A DNA stretch of 64,000 nt from the IMG/VR virus record IMGVR_UViG_3300026442_000101. One strand, given 5' to 3'. Under the pieces are notes generated by a model. The model worked only from the letters and a program-made list of their open reading frames with translations, had not been told where the DNA came from and made no database searches. Origin of the DNA: a virus (taxonomy: Duplodnaviria; Caudoviricetes). Positions 36,667-45,736 of the stretch are shown here, piece after piece. A program made the translations under genes and the position numbers. The stretch's first letter is position 1; every line of letters starts with the position of its first letter.

Positions 36667-37122
36667 CTACTTCTCCTTAGGCTCACACCGCGGGTCGGAT
36701 GGAGCTACCTTGCAGTAAGCCTGCCATGTGATTTCGATCTCTACCGGGATACCCCTGAAGGTATTCGGATTCGATCCGTTGGACTGATCAGCCAGTTTGC
36801 TTTCCAGTTTCTTCCGTTCAGCCACCGCTTTGGCTAGCTTGACGCCTAACTCATCAACCGAGCCCAGCAGATCAGTGGTTTGCTGATCGATTGCTTCCTC
36901 GGTCTTCCTGCGGTCCTCATCGTCCTTGACGCGTCTGATGAGTTCCTGGTTGACACTGGCGTTGATCTCGAGCAAGTTGGCGACCTTCGCCTTTTCCTCA
37001 GCCAACTCCGTGGTCATGTTGCGGTAGGTATCCACCGCATAGCCGATGCCGAAATAGGCACCGCCCAGTACCGCCGCAAGTAAGAGTAGCCAGACCCACT
37101 TGGGAATCAGTTCCAACTTCAT
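36667..37122 (-). CDS. i-spanin (Rz-like)
   Basis: N-terminal TM, long coiled coil, C-terminal Cys pair. Confidence 0.75.
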   Translation of the reverse strand: MKLELIPKWVWLLLLAAVLGGAYFGIGYAVDTYRNMTTELAEEKAKVANLLEINASVNQELIRRVKDDEDRRKTEEAIDQQTTDLLGSVDELGVKLAKAVAERKKLESKLADQSNGSNPNTFRGIPVEIEITWQAYCKVAPSDPRCEPKEK

Positions 37123-37131
37123 GACGTTACC

Positions 37132-37809
37132 TCACTGTTCGATGACGAGCTTACCGTACTGTTCGCATACCAGCCTGTGGCCTTGCGAATCCAGCAGAGG
37201 GTGGACAAACGTGTTGCCCCGCAGCTGGTAATCGAGAGCAGCCATTTCAGCGATCAGAGACGGTGGTACGTCCCATGGCGCTTTCATGGCTTTAATCTGC
37301 TCTTCAGTAGGTTCGAGGTGAACGTCGATGCGATGGTTCAGTTCCAGTGGTCCTGCCTTGTACAAGCGGCAGAGGATCATTGGCGGCTGTGGTTCGAACA
37401 TCTTGTCGCTGTCGATCCGAATACTAAACAGATAACCATCGATCTCACGAACGACCTCAGCCACCACCGCCAGTACGTGCTTCGACCGGAACTGTCGTGG
37501 CGCCTGGTTGAAGGTGACGTTGCCGATCCACGGCAGGTCGGAGTAATGGACGTCTTCAAGATCTGGGATATCCTCTAAGCTACCTGCTGCCGTCTTCTTC
37601 TCTTGCCTGACTACACGAATGCGGCGGCGCATCACGTCGGACTTATTGTCGGGCAGACCCCAGTAAGAAATCTCTGCAGACTTCTTCTTGCGCAGCACTT
37701 CGAACACACTGCTGTTCGCGATGGCGATTTCACGGTGACCGGCGGTTTCCTCTACGGGAATATAGATCACCTTGATCGCTGTTTTCTTTGCTGCCTGCAA
37801 CATATTCAT
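37132..37809 (-). CDS. Hypothetical protein
   Basis: 225-aa ORF with RBS. Confidence 0.6.
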   Translation of the reverse strand: MNMLQAAKKTAIKVIYIPVEETAGHREIAIANSSVFEVLRKKKSAEISYWGLPDNKSDVMRRRIRVVRQEKKTAAGSLEDIPDLEDVHYSDLPWIGNVTFNQAPRQFRSKHVLAVVAEVVREIDGYLFSIRIDSDKMFEPQPPMILCRLYKAGPLELNHRIDVHLEPTEEQIKAMKAPWDVPPSLIAEMAALDYQLRGNTFVHPLLDSQGHRLVCEQYGKLVIEQ

Positions 37810-37831
37810 GCCCCATACTCCTAAAGCAGCC

Positions 37832-38449
37832 TTAAGTCAGGCTGCTGTTGTAATGTTCCGCAATAGCGGTTGGTGAAAATTCTGTTCCCCACGCCTTGAA
37901 GATGACGAGCACTGTGTCGTCGGTGGCGGTCTCGATGGTCACGATCCTACACTCAAGCTTGAAGGCGATTTCTTGCAGCAGTTGCAACAGACCCGCGGAG
38001 GGTCCGCCGAACAGACTATTAGTGTTCGGAATCGGAGCTACTGGAAAGAACATGGCGACATGTGGATCGCCATAGAACTCGTAGCCGTCGACATGCGTGA
38101 CTTCGATCGTACGAACGCTGAGTCCGCCTTGGAAGTCCATCGAGTTGTTGCTGACCTTCCACTCTAGATTCGGCTTGTTGAGCAAGTCCCGGATCATCGT
38201 GTAGACAGGCTCTGACAGATGGTTGAAAGTACCCTTACTCCAGCCGTAAGCCAGGAACTGAGGAGAGGTTTCTTGCTCCTCCCCATCGATACCTATCCGT
38301 GCCATAATCAGCGGGCGCTGTACCCGCTTGATTGCAGGTTCAGGTTCTGGTTCCGGAGGTACGGTTGGGAGAAACGTCACAGTGGCTCGGAACAATGGAC
38401 GGTTAAGGAGCCTGGTCGCGGTAGCCCAGATGTCTTTCAATGCTTTCAT
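37832..38449 (-). CDS. Hypothetical protein
   Basis: 205-aa ORF. Confidence 0.6.
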   Translation of the reverse strand: MKALKDIWATATRLLNRPLFRATVTFLPTVPPEPEPEPAIKRVQRPLIMARIGIDGEEQETSPQFLAYGWSKGTFNHLSEPVYTMIRDLLNKPNLEWKVSNNSMDFQGGLSVRTIEVTHVDGYEFYGDPHVAMFFPVAPIPNTNSLFGGPSAGLLQLLQEIAFKLECRIVTIETATDDTVLVIFKAWGTEFSPTAIAEHYNSSLT

Positions 38450-38475
38450 AGCGATGTGCCACCTTACAGTAGAGA

Positions 38476-38685
38476 TCAGTCGAAGCCGTCGAACGCATCG
38501 CCCAGACCATCCATCGCTTCGCCAACGCCGCCCGGTGCGTAAGCGATGACGGCGATGATGATATCAATCACGATCATGATGGTAATCGCGATCCACGACC
38601 ATTCGCGGATGTGGTGCGTGCCGAGGATGAACCCTTCGACCAGGAAGACGATTGCCCAGGCGAACAATACGCTTAACAGTTTCAT
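38476..38685 (-). CDS. Small two-TM membrane protein
   Basis: Hydrophobic 69-aa ORF, ATGA overlap. Confidence 0.6.
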   Translation of the reverse strand: MKLLSVLFAWAIVFLVEGFILGTHHIREWSWIAITIMIVIDIIIAVIAYAPGGVGEAMDGLGDAFDGFD

Positions 38686-38972
38686 TTGTGCTCCTTACGG
38701 ATAGGCACTACCTTTCCAGGCGCTGGCGACACTGACTTGAGGTGTTTGTTCTCACGCTTCAGGCGCTGAAACTCGTTGTAATCGTCGATCGACTGTTGGC
38801 GACGATGGTCGAAGAAGACGAACGCCAAGCCAATCACCCAGAGTAGGGCGAGCGTCATCTTCCCGAACCCATCCCACTGACTGATGTCGGGAGTGGCTGC
38901 GACAAACATGCCGATCACGTAGGTGATCGCAGTGACCGATAAAGCGTAGATGAAATGTTTCATAGCTAACAC
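38682..38972 (-). CDS. Two-TM membrane protein
   Basis: Hydrophobic helices plus a basic tail. Confidence 0.6.
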   Translation of the reverse strand: MLAMKHFIYALSVTAITYVIGMFVAATPDISQWDGFGKMTLALLWVIGLAFVFFDHRRQQSIDDYNEFQRLKRENKHLKSVSPAPGKVVPIRKEHK

Positions 38973-39283
38973 GCCAAGGCTTGTTGGTTTAATTGTGCCA
39001 TCGCAGCGACATAGCGCTGCGATTGGTCGAGGGTCATGGCCACCGTATCCAGATTGATCGTAACCATAAACTCTCGAGTTATAGGCGAATACTCGACTAA
39101 GACCTTGCGCATACCGCAGTAACGCTTGACGGCATTGCGCAGTTGGTCAGTGACGCGTTTGAAGCACAGAGAATCAGCACCCAGCCTGAACTTGCGTTCT
39201 ACCTGACCTGTCTTACTGCACAGGTTGATCGATACGTCAATGCAAGCGTTGATTTCACTGTCGAGTCGTTCAGTGTGGGACAT
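38966..39283 (-). CDS. Hypothetical protein
   Basis: 105-aa ORF with RBS. Confidence 0.55.
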   Translation of the reverse strand: MSHTERLDSEINACIDVSINLCSKTGQVERKFRLGADSLCFKRVTDQLRNAVKRYCGMRKVLVEYSPITREFMVTINLDTVAMTLDQSQRYVAAMAQLNQQALAC

Positions 39284-39292
39284 TCCTTTACC

Positions 39293-39463
39293 TCACAGAG
39301 AGGTCTCGTAAATCTGCCATTCACCGACAGTCATCTTGAAGATGGCTAGGCGCGGGATATCCGAGACGGGTAAGTTGACGAGTTTGGCGAGGGCTTCTTC
39401 GCCCTCTACCTTAGACCACTGGTTAGTGGTCTTGTTGTAGACCTTGAACTTACGTGGACGCAT
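39293..39463 (-). CDS. Small hypothetical protein (56 aa; not in ORF track)
   Basis: MRPRKFKVYNKTTNQWSKVEGEEALAKLV... fills the gap after dcd. Confidence 0.5.
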   Translation of the reverse strand: MRPRKFKVYNKTTNQWSKVEGEEALAKLVNLPVSDIPRLAIFKMTVGEWQIYETSL

Positions 39464-39464
39464 G

Positions 39465-40208
39465 TCAAGTCCTTGCGAGTGTGGTTCCGCGCTGCCCTTG
39501 GTATTTACCGCCTTTGTCTTTGTAGCTGATTCTGCAGACTTCAGAGACAGTGTGGAACAGCAGCTGAGCGATACCGCAGCCGAGGTACACGCGGGTTGGG
39601 CTGTTGGTCATCGAAGCGATCTCGAGAACCAGCTCGCCTTCCCATTCCGGCTCCAGCGGGGTAACTAGCTGAGACAGGCCAACGCGGGCATAGGTGGACT
39701 TGCCAAGGCAGGTCACCAGCAGGTCACGCGGAATAACGAAGTATTCGACGGTGTGGGCCAGCGCCAGACTGTTAGGCGGCAGGATGAAGTAGTGCAGACC
39801 GAACTCTTCATCGAAGTGGATCACCGGGTCCATGAGCTGGTCGCCATACGGCCGCATCGGATCGACGATCTCACCGGTGAGGTTGGTGAACAGCTTGATA
39901 CCGTCGGCCTTGATGCGAATGTCGTAGCCGTAGGAGCTGGTGCCCCAGCTGATGATCTTGGTACCCTTCTCGTTGAAGCGGTTAGCCTCTGGAGAGAACG
40001 GCCAGATCATGGGCCGCCAACCGAAGCGGGAGCAGTCCTCGTCATCCTTTGGAGTCTCCAACCCCATCCAGCGACGCTTCTCCATATTCGCCACGATCTC
40101 TGGCGTATGGGTGACGCCCGGAATGATCGGTTCCCAGAAACCATCGCGACGCATGAAGTGGTTAGGGCGCATGCAACGCGCCTGAATTTGACGATCGGAC
40201 AGCAGCAT
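39465..40208 (-). CDS. dcd: dCTP deaminase
   Basis: SSYGYDIR, GKSTYARVG, PLEPEWEGELVLE and KYQGQRG motifs. Confidence 0.9.
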   Translation of the reverse strand: MLLSDRQIQARCMRPNHFMRRDGFWEPIIPGVTHTPEIVANMEKRRWMGLETPKDDEDCSRFGWRPMIWPFSPEANRFNEKGTKIISWGTSSYGYDIRIKADGIKLFTNLTGEIVDPMRPYGDQLMDPVIHFDEEFGLHYFILPPNSLALAHTVEYFVIPRDLLVTCLGKSTYARVGLSQLVTPLEPEWEGELVLEIASMTNSPTRVYLGCGIAQLLFHTVSEVCRISYKDKGGKYQGQRGTTLART

Positions 40209-40217
40209 CGGTTATCC

Positions 40218-40700
40218 TTAAGGTTTTCTATGCCGTTTATTGGGATTGATCTTCGCAAACATGTTTGCGATATGCTCGTTCCAATGACGGACGTGTCTGA
40301 ATATTTTGACCAGCTCTTTCGCATCGGTCATTGTGATTACGTGCTTGGTAGCAATGTTCTTGAGCTTGAAATAAGCCTCAGTGGACATAACAACCTGATT
40401 AGGATTGTAGTTCCGGTTACGGCGGCGATAGGATACAACGATACCATCACAACCAATGTGGCGAACTAGCGCTGCCAGATTGGGGACGCTATCGACAGCC
40501 TCGTTTAACCGCCTGGCGACTTTGACAGGGTAGTCACCGTCCAGCACTTCCAGCGTGCCGCAGACGTGCATCATGGCAGCCATGAAATGCTGGTCTTCCA
40601 TCTTCTCCATCTGTTCGCCGGACGGATGCTTAACCAGTCGGGTGATTTTCAGGCCGATGGACTTATGATACAGTTCGATCTGAACGTCGTAAGTTTCCAT
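40218..40700 (-). CDS. Hypothetical protein
   Basis: METYDVQIEL...; downstream of a terminator. Confidence 0.55.
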   Translation of the reverse strand: METYDVQIELYHKSIGLKITRLVKHPSGEQMEKMEDQHFMAAMMHVCGTLEVLDGDYPVKVARRLNEAVDSVPNLAALVRHIGCDGIVVSYRRRNRNYNPNQVVMSTEAYFKLKNIATKHVITMTDAKELVKIFRHVRHWNEHIANMFAKINPNKRHRKP

Positions 40701-40764
40701 ACTTTCATTGCTCTTGGTATTTAAGTACACAAAAAAGAAAGGGTCGGTTTCCCGACCCAATCGT

Positions 40765-41664
40765 TTACATCTCAGCCAGACGATGGATAGCGTCTTCCAT
40801 CTCCATGTCGGGGTTCTCATCGAGAAGCTGGCGCATCTGATCCGTTACGGGAGTCTTGCTGATCGGAATCCGAATCACCTCACCGCCGGTGACGGTACGC
40901 TCGACAGGCGCAGTGAGTTGTTTGACTTCTTGCGGTGCGGAGGAGGTGTGCTCCGATTCCACTGCCTGTCGCCACTTGTTGCGGTTACGCTCCTTGAGAT
41001 CTTCGCAGCGTTTGGCGATGGACTCGTGATGTTCTTCCAGAGTCTTGTGCGTCTTCAGCTTGAAGCGGAACTTCTCCACTTCACGCGTCATGCACGGCTC
41101 GCAACGCCCGCACGCTGTAGCGCCCTTACGGGCATTGGTAGTCGGTAGTTCACAGACCCAGGTAGCAGCGTAGATCTCTGGTGGGAGATCGCGCATCATG
41201 GCGAACTTGGTAGTGTGTCGCAACGGGAACTTCAAGGGGACGACATCACCTTTCTTGGTGAAACGCCACATGGCATTCCACGCCTCGATCATCGAGTGCA
41301 TCTCTTGCAGCGTGTCATCGTCAGCGCAATAGCCGATGTTGACCGAGGTGTGGACATCGGGATCGACCATCTCGATTGCAGCTACCATCCAAGGTAGCGC
41401 TTGACGCCACTTGGCTTTAGGCGTCGCCGACAGATTGACCTTCGACAACACACGCCCGCCGCCATGCGGATACCAGCCTGGCCAATACTCTTTGATCAGG
41501 CTGATGATCTCCCCGCGGGAGTCCTCTTCGACGGAAGACTTATTGCGACCCTGGGCGCCGTCAGCGTAGATGTAGTCGACCTGAGTTCCTGCCTCTGCCA
41601 TTTCCCACATGAGGTAAGTGGAGTCCATCCCACCAGAGAAGAGGACGAGTGCACGCTTAGCCAT
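40765..41664 (-). CDS. QueC-like PP-loop ATPase with Zn-binding Cys cluster
   Basis: ALVLFSGGMDST; C-x13-CGRCEPC; the canonical QueC VPxRN motif is not visible. Confidence 0.75.
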   Translation of the reverse strand: MAKRALVLFSGGMDSTYLMWEMAEAGTQVDYIYADGAQGRNKSSVEEDSRGEIISLIKEYWPGWYPHGGGRVLSKVNLSATPKAKWRQALPWMVAAIEMVDPDVHTSVNIGYCADDDTLQEMHSMIEAWNAMWRFTKKGDVVPLKFPLRHTTKFAMMRDLPPEIYAATWVCELPTTNARKGATACGRCEPCMTREVEKFRFKLKTHKTLEEHHESIAKRCEDLKERNRNKWRQAVESEHTSSAPQEVKQLTAPVERTVTGGEVIRIPISKTPVTDQMRQLLDENPDMEMEDAIHRLAEM

Positions 41665-42074
41665 TACAGACCACCCTGACCGATGAATACTTCGAAGGAG
41701 TGAATGTCGCCTTCAGGCGTACGCTTCATGGTCTTGAGCCAGCCATTGAGAACGGTCAAGCCGCTCAGAGCGACGCTCTGCACCAGGGAGGCGTAAACGT
41801 CATCGCCTTCGAGCTTAATGACTGCATTGCTCAGGCCCACGCCGCTGCTTTCGAACACGCCAGGCATGCGCGGGTTAGCAGCTTCGAAATCAGGAGTCCA
41901 GCATTCCATACGGCATGCCTTGGTAGGGCAAGTCGCGTTACCGAGTTGATCAGTTGGCAGGAACAGTTTGATGTTAGGGTTCTTGAACGCACCTACGAAC
42001 TTCTTGCGGGGATCGATCAGGACGCGTTTCTTCTGGAAGTTTGCTTCGGTAACTTGTGGACGGTAGGACATCAT
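41664..42074 (-). CDS. Hypothetical protein
   Basis: 136 aa, TAATG-coupled to the queC-like gene. Confidence 0.6.
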   Translation of the reverse strand: MMSYRPQVTEANFQKKRVLIDPRKKFVGAFKNPNIKLFLPTDQLGNATCPTKACRMECWTPDFEAANPRMPGVFESSGVGLSNAVIKLEGDDVYASLVQSVALSGLTVLNGWLKTMKRTPEGDIHSFEVFIGQGGL

Positions 42075-42136
42075 GTCACTCCTAATTAGTTAGTGGCGGT
42101 GAGACTCTCACCGCCGGGGTTTTGTATTGCTGGGAA

Positions 42137-42709
42137 TTACTTGCTTTCGAAACGGACGTCGACGCCGTAGTAGTTGATGTGGAACGCCATGCCTTCCAGA
42201 CCGCGGTAGGCGCGGTTTCTGGTAACGGTGAGAGTGATCTCATCAGTTTCCGGCAAGAGGTCCACCCAAGCCAGCATCTTCTCGAGCTGACCATTGTCGG
42301 CATTCAGCGCCAGTAACTTGATGCCTTCGCGAACTTTGGCAACGCCGGAGTATTGATAACACTCCACCTCGGCTGTCGGATTCTCAACGACCGGTAGACG
42401 CCGAATGGCCGTGAGGTATTCCAGAGCTTTCGGTAGACTCCAGGCGTGAACCATGTGATCGCTCTTGGTGACATCATCGTCAGTGACGCTGCCGCGACGG
42501 GAAGTCTTCGACCAATCAATCGAGATGACGCGCTTCCGCCAGCCGATGCGGATCTGGCCCTCTTCAGTGCTGACGAGATACCACGGATACTGCTTACGCA
42601 TGTCGTCGTAGTTCGGATGGTCGGGCCAGTAATCGTTCTCGATCTTCTGGAACTCAGTGGGCTCGTAACCTGCGAGGTTGAACAGGGCCGCTACTTCTAC
42701 TACTTGCAT
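42137..42709 (-). CDS. Conserved phage hypothetical protein
   Basis: IENDYW..PW..V.T..G.I.IGWRKRVISIDW motif. Confidence 0.6.
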   Translation of the reverse strand: MQVVEVAALFNLAGYEPTEFQKIENDYWPDHPNYDDMRKQYPWYLVSTEEGQIRIGWRKRVISIDWSKTSRRGSVTDDDVTKSDHMVHAWSLPKALEYLTAIRRLPVVENPTAEVECYQYSGVAKVREGIKLLALNADNGQLEKMLAWVDLLPETDEITLTVTRNRAYRGLEGMAFHINYYGVDVRFESK

Positions 42710-42719
42710 GCAACTCTCC

Positions 42720-42974
42720 TTAGTGAATATAGATGGTGACTTCGAGCATTTTGTTGTGGGCAGCCTGGGCCTTATAGTTGATGGTGGTGCCTTCAACTTC
42801 TACATCTGCGAACTCGTTCTCTTCGCAAACGAGCTTCTCGTCGATTTCGATTTCGACATCTTCGTTGAAGTGGCCAGTCGCAACCAGATGGGCTTTGACG
42901 TCGATGGAACCTTCATGACCAACTGGGAAACTGATAGTCATGCTGGTTACTTTGAATGCTTGTTGCAGTGTCAT
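42720..42974 (-). CDS. Hypothetical acidic protein
   Basis: 84-aa ORF with GGAG RBS. Confidence 0.55.
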   Translation of the reverse strand: MTLQQAFKVTSMTISFPVGHEGSIDVKAHLVATGHFNEDVEIEIDEKLVCEENEFADVEVEGTTINYKAQAAHNKMLEVTIYIH

Positions 42975-42984
42975 GATGCTCTCC

Positions 42985-43335
42985 TTAGTGCAGGGTTGTC
43001 TTTTCTTCTGGGACGATGATCAGTTCGACCCGAATTGGATACATTCCAGCCTCACCTTCGCCGACCTTAAGGCCCAAGTCGTAGCGAGGTCCCATGTCGT
43101 CGAATGCTTGGTGGTACTTTCCTGAGAATAGGCCGAACTGTTTACCGAACTGTAGTTTGAACTCATCGCGCAGCACGCGCACGAATTGTTCTTCCTGCTC
43201 GCTGAACTGATCTGCCGTGCTCATTCCCAATGTGACGAGTGTATTGACAATCCTCGGAACCAGCTTCTCCGAGAATACCTTCAACTTCTCCTCATCAGGC
43301 ACGATCAGTTCAATCCGAAATGTCTCTTTAATCAT
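42985..43335 (-). CDS. Hypothetical protein
   Basis: 116-aa ORF. Confidence 0.55.
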   Translation of the reverse strand: MIKETFRIELIVPDEEKLKVFSEKLVPRIVNTLVTLGMSTADQFSEQEEQFVRVLRDEFKLQFGKQFGLFSGKYHQAFDDMGPRYDLGLKVGEGEAGMYPIRVELIIVPEEKTTLH

Positions 43336-43386
43336 CCTAAATCCTTATTCAGGTGCGGCATAAAGGCGGGATTACTCCCGCCCAAT

Positions 43387-43923
43387 TTACCAGGTCAGCA
43401 TCTTGGACTCAGTGGATAGACCCACCTTAGTCCCAGACTTACTCAAAATTCTTGCGAGGTTCTTCTCACGCTGCTCATCAGTAAATGCGGTGTTCGAATC
43501 CCACGCCCATTGCAGCAGGCCTTGTCTCTGCACAGGCCGGCAGTTCTTATCGGCCAGCGTACAGTTAGCTTTGATCTGCCCCATGTGCCTGGCTACAAAG
43601 CTATTCCATCGACCGATCTGCCAATCGTCTTCCTTACCTAGGCGACGACCCATGAAGTAATGGCAGTACCATTCGAACCAACCAGACTTATCGGTCTTGA
43701 TCCAACCGTTAGCGCGCCAGACAGAAAGAGGTTGTCTGGATTTGACGCCGTAGAAGTTCAGGCTTATGTCCGGACTATCTTTGGGACCTAATACTCTCGG
43801 ATATTTCTTCCAAGCCTCAGGTACCCCTTTGACGCTATTGATGTATTTGCCTTCGAAGACGCCCTTCTCGAGCATCTCTTGCGGCGTAAAACTTGGTGTA
43901 AACTTAGGGTTCCATGACGCCAT
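43387..43923 (-). CDS. Conserved uncharacterised protein (TPxEML/GWF.WYC/GRR family) with C-terminal STESKMLTW
   Basis: FTPQEMLEKGVFEGKY..YGVKSRQ.L..W...GWI..GWFEWYC.Y..GRR..D..QI.RW..F.RH; AT-richer codon usage than neighbours. Confidence 0.7.
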   Translation of the reverse strand: MASWNPKFTPSFTPQEMLEKGVFEGKYINSVKGVPEAWKKYPRVLGPKDSPDISLNFYGVKSRQPLSVWRANGWIKTDKSGWFEWYCHYFMGRRLGKEDDWQIGRWNSFVARHMGQIKANCTLADKNCRPVQRQGLLQWAWDSNTAFTDEQREKNLARILSKSGTKVGLSTESKMLTW

Positions 43924-44257
43924 GACGAGAGTCCTTTGAATTAGGTTTCATGTTATTGGCGGCATAGAGGTAGAAACGTGCCACCTCCTATTCTGAAACC
44001 CGCTCTGGCGGTCCCACTATCCTTGATCAAGGAATAGCGGCGATCCCAGTTACGCCTTCATATTTAGGAGGTGACGGTGCTTCTATACTCGACGGTCTGT
44101 GAGCGCAAGCCAGAGTGTTGCTTCATCTCCCGCTACCCAACAGATTGTCGCCGTGGTATCGCGGCATCACACAGACGCCTAATTTGAGCGGTCATCCCGT
44201 CTCTTGGTTGACTATCTACGCTTATCAGTGGGGTGGGTGATTAAAGTCCCAAAGGCG

Positions 44258-44521
44258 TCAGGGAGTCTGGGCCATGCCAAACCGAGTCCAGATCTCGGCG
44301 GCGTGACTGTGGGTGCCAAGGAATCGCCCCGATGATTGCCACGACCACGAACATCCGCCGATCATGCGGAGAACGTATTCGAGGTAATCGTCATCTTCCT
44401 CCCCGTCAGTGCAGCAATCCTCTTCCTCGTAGGTGGGTATCTGGAGGTAGCGGTTGAAGCGTTTGACGGAGAGTTCGAGGAGCCGGAATGCGAGACCTAA
44501 GGCGCTGAAGGATCCGAACAT
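44258..44521 (-). CDS. Hypothetical acidic protein
   Basis: 87 aa with phage-like codon usage; TTATATG element upstream. Confidence 0.4.
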   Translation of the reverse strand: MFGSFSALGLAFRLLELSVKRFNRYLQIPTYEEEDCCTDGEEDDDYLEYVLRMIGGCSWSWQSSGRFLGTHSHAAEIWTRFGMAQTP

Positions 44522-44585
44522 CCAAACCCTTAATGCGGCGGCAGTGCTTTACATATAAGGCAATGTGCCAGTAAAAAGTTACGGA

Positions 44586-45023
44586 CTACCCTACCTTAGT
44601 TCCCCAACCGATGTTGTTGATCACATGTCGGGAAGATGCTTCCGGCTCTGTGTTATCCAACCACCACCATTTGGTGTCGCCTGTCGCGATATGTACGACA
44701 ACCGCAGCTTCGTACCACCGACCGCCCGCTTCGAAGCGCTTCCTGCCGTAGCAGAACTCGCCATCGCTTTTGAGAGGGATCTTCACATTAGGGTGGATTA
44801 CCGAGTTATCCCCAACCTTCATGCCTTTCGGTACGATCGCTGAGATCCCGGCGACGTAGCCGAATTGGGAAGCCAGTTGTCGATGCGCACCCAGCATCCG
44901 CCCTAATGCGGCGTCAAACATATTCTGCTTGTCTTCCCAGCTCGTTAATGCTGGCGGAGGTGGTGGGGTCACCTCGAATGTCGCCGAGGGGTAATAAGGA
45001 CCACCACCATCGTCACTAAACAT
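44586..45023 (-). CDS. Hypothetical protein
   Basis: 145 aa with GGAG RBS. Confidence 0.55.
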   Translation of the reverse strand: MFSDDGGGPYYPSATFEVTPPPPPALTSWEDKQNMFDAALGRMLGAHRQLASQFGYVAGISAIVPKGMKVGDNSVIHPNVKIPLKSDGEFCYGRKRFEAGGRWYEAAVVVHIATGDTKWWWLDNTEPEASSRHVINNIGWGTKVG

Positions 45024-45138
45024 CAGCAGCTCCTTAACCAGGCAAAGCCTACGATGACTGCGACGATGCCAAAGGCGATCAATGCGCCCTTGGCTTCAGT
45101 CCAGTCGATACAGTTACAAGTCTTCCCACACCGACACA

Positions 45139-45519
45139 TCAGGCCATATTCCTGATCGTCTTCCATTCATCCACGGTGAACGTCAGAGAGATCTTAACGT
45201 TATCGCCGCGCTTGTACTGACCAGGGTGAAGCTGGTGCATGTTCTGACTCAGCCACTGTGACATCAGCATCCTGGTGATGCGTTCATGTCGAGTGCGGGA
45301 CATGGCTTCGAGCTTGTCGCTGAAGCGTTGGATGCACTTGCCGATCGGGAACGCAATGGCGGCGCTGTAGACAGCGATATAGAACATGGCCGTGGCCGGG
45401 AACTCTGGGATCGCGAGCATGATGGTGTCATTGATCACACCCATGGCGAACAACATCGCACCCAGAAGAACAAACACTAGAACGCCGATGCTGAATTTGT
45501 AGCGGAATGGAATGATCAT
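45139..45519 (-). CDS. Two-TM membrane protein
   Basis: Hydrophobic N-terminal half. Confidence 0.6.
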   Translation of the reverse strand: MIIPFRYKFSIGVLVFVLLGAMLFAMGVINDTIMLAIPEFPATAMFYIAVYSAAIAFPIGKCIQRFSDKLEAMSRTRHERITRMLMSQWLSQNMHQLHPGQYKRGDNVKISLTFTVDEWKTIRNMA

Positions 45520-45520
45520 G

Positions 45521-45736
45521 TTAGTCCCTTAATAGATCGAAGACGACGTAGAAGAATTTGCAGACGCACCAGATGATGCCGCAGAAGAGGTAGATCGGCC
45601 AGAGTACGGCGCACCCGAACGGAATCCAGGCTTCCGCATAGCGGGGATCCTTCAGGAGGTTTCCCCACATGACGGTGATTACGCCGCCGACTAGGTAAAT
45701 GAGGAGCCAGAGCTCCCCATAGGTCAGAGTGATCAA
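45521..45736 (-). CDS. Small membrane protein
   Basis: Two hydrophobic segments; WPI motif. Confidence 0.55.
   Translation of the reverse strand: MITLTYGELWLLIYLVGGVITVMWGNLLKDPRYAEAWIPFGCAVLWPIYLFCGIIWCVCKFFYVVFDLLRD

Noticed and set aside
44221-44235. CUGAUAAG as a further hammerhead core
   Set aside because: It lacks G8-A9 and has no GAAA or stem III in register.
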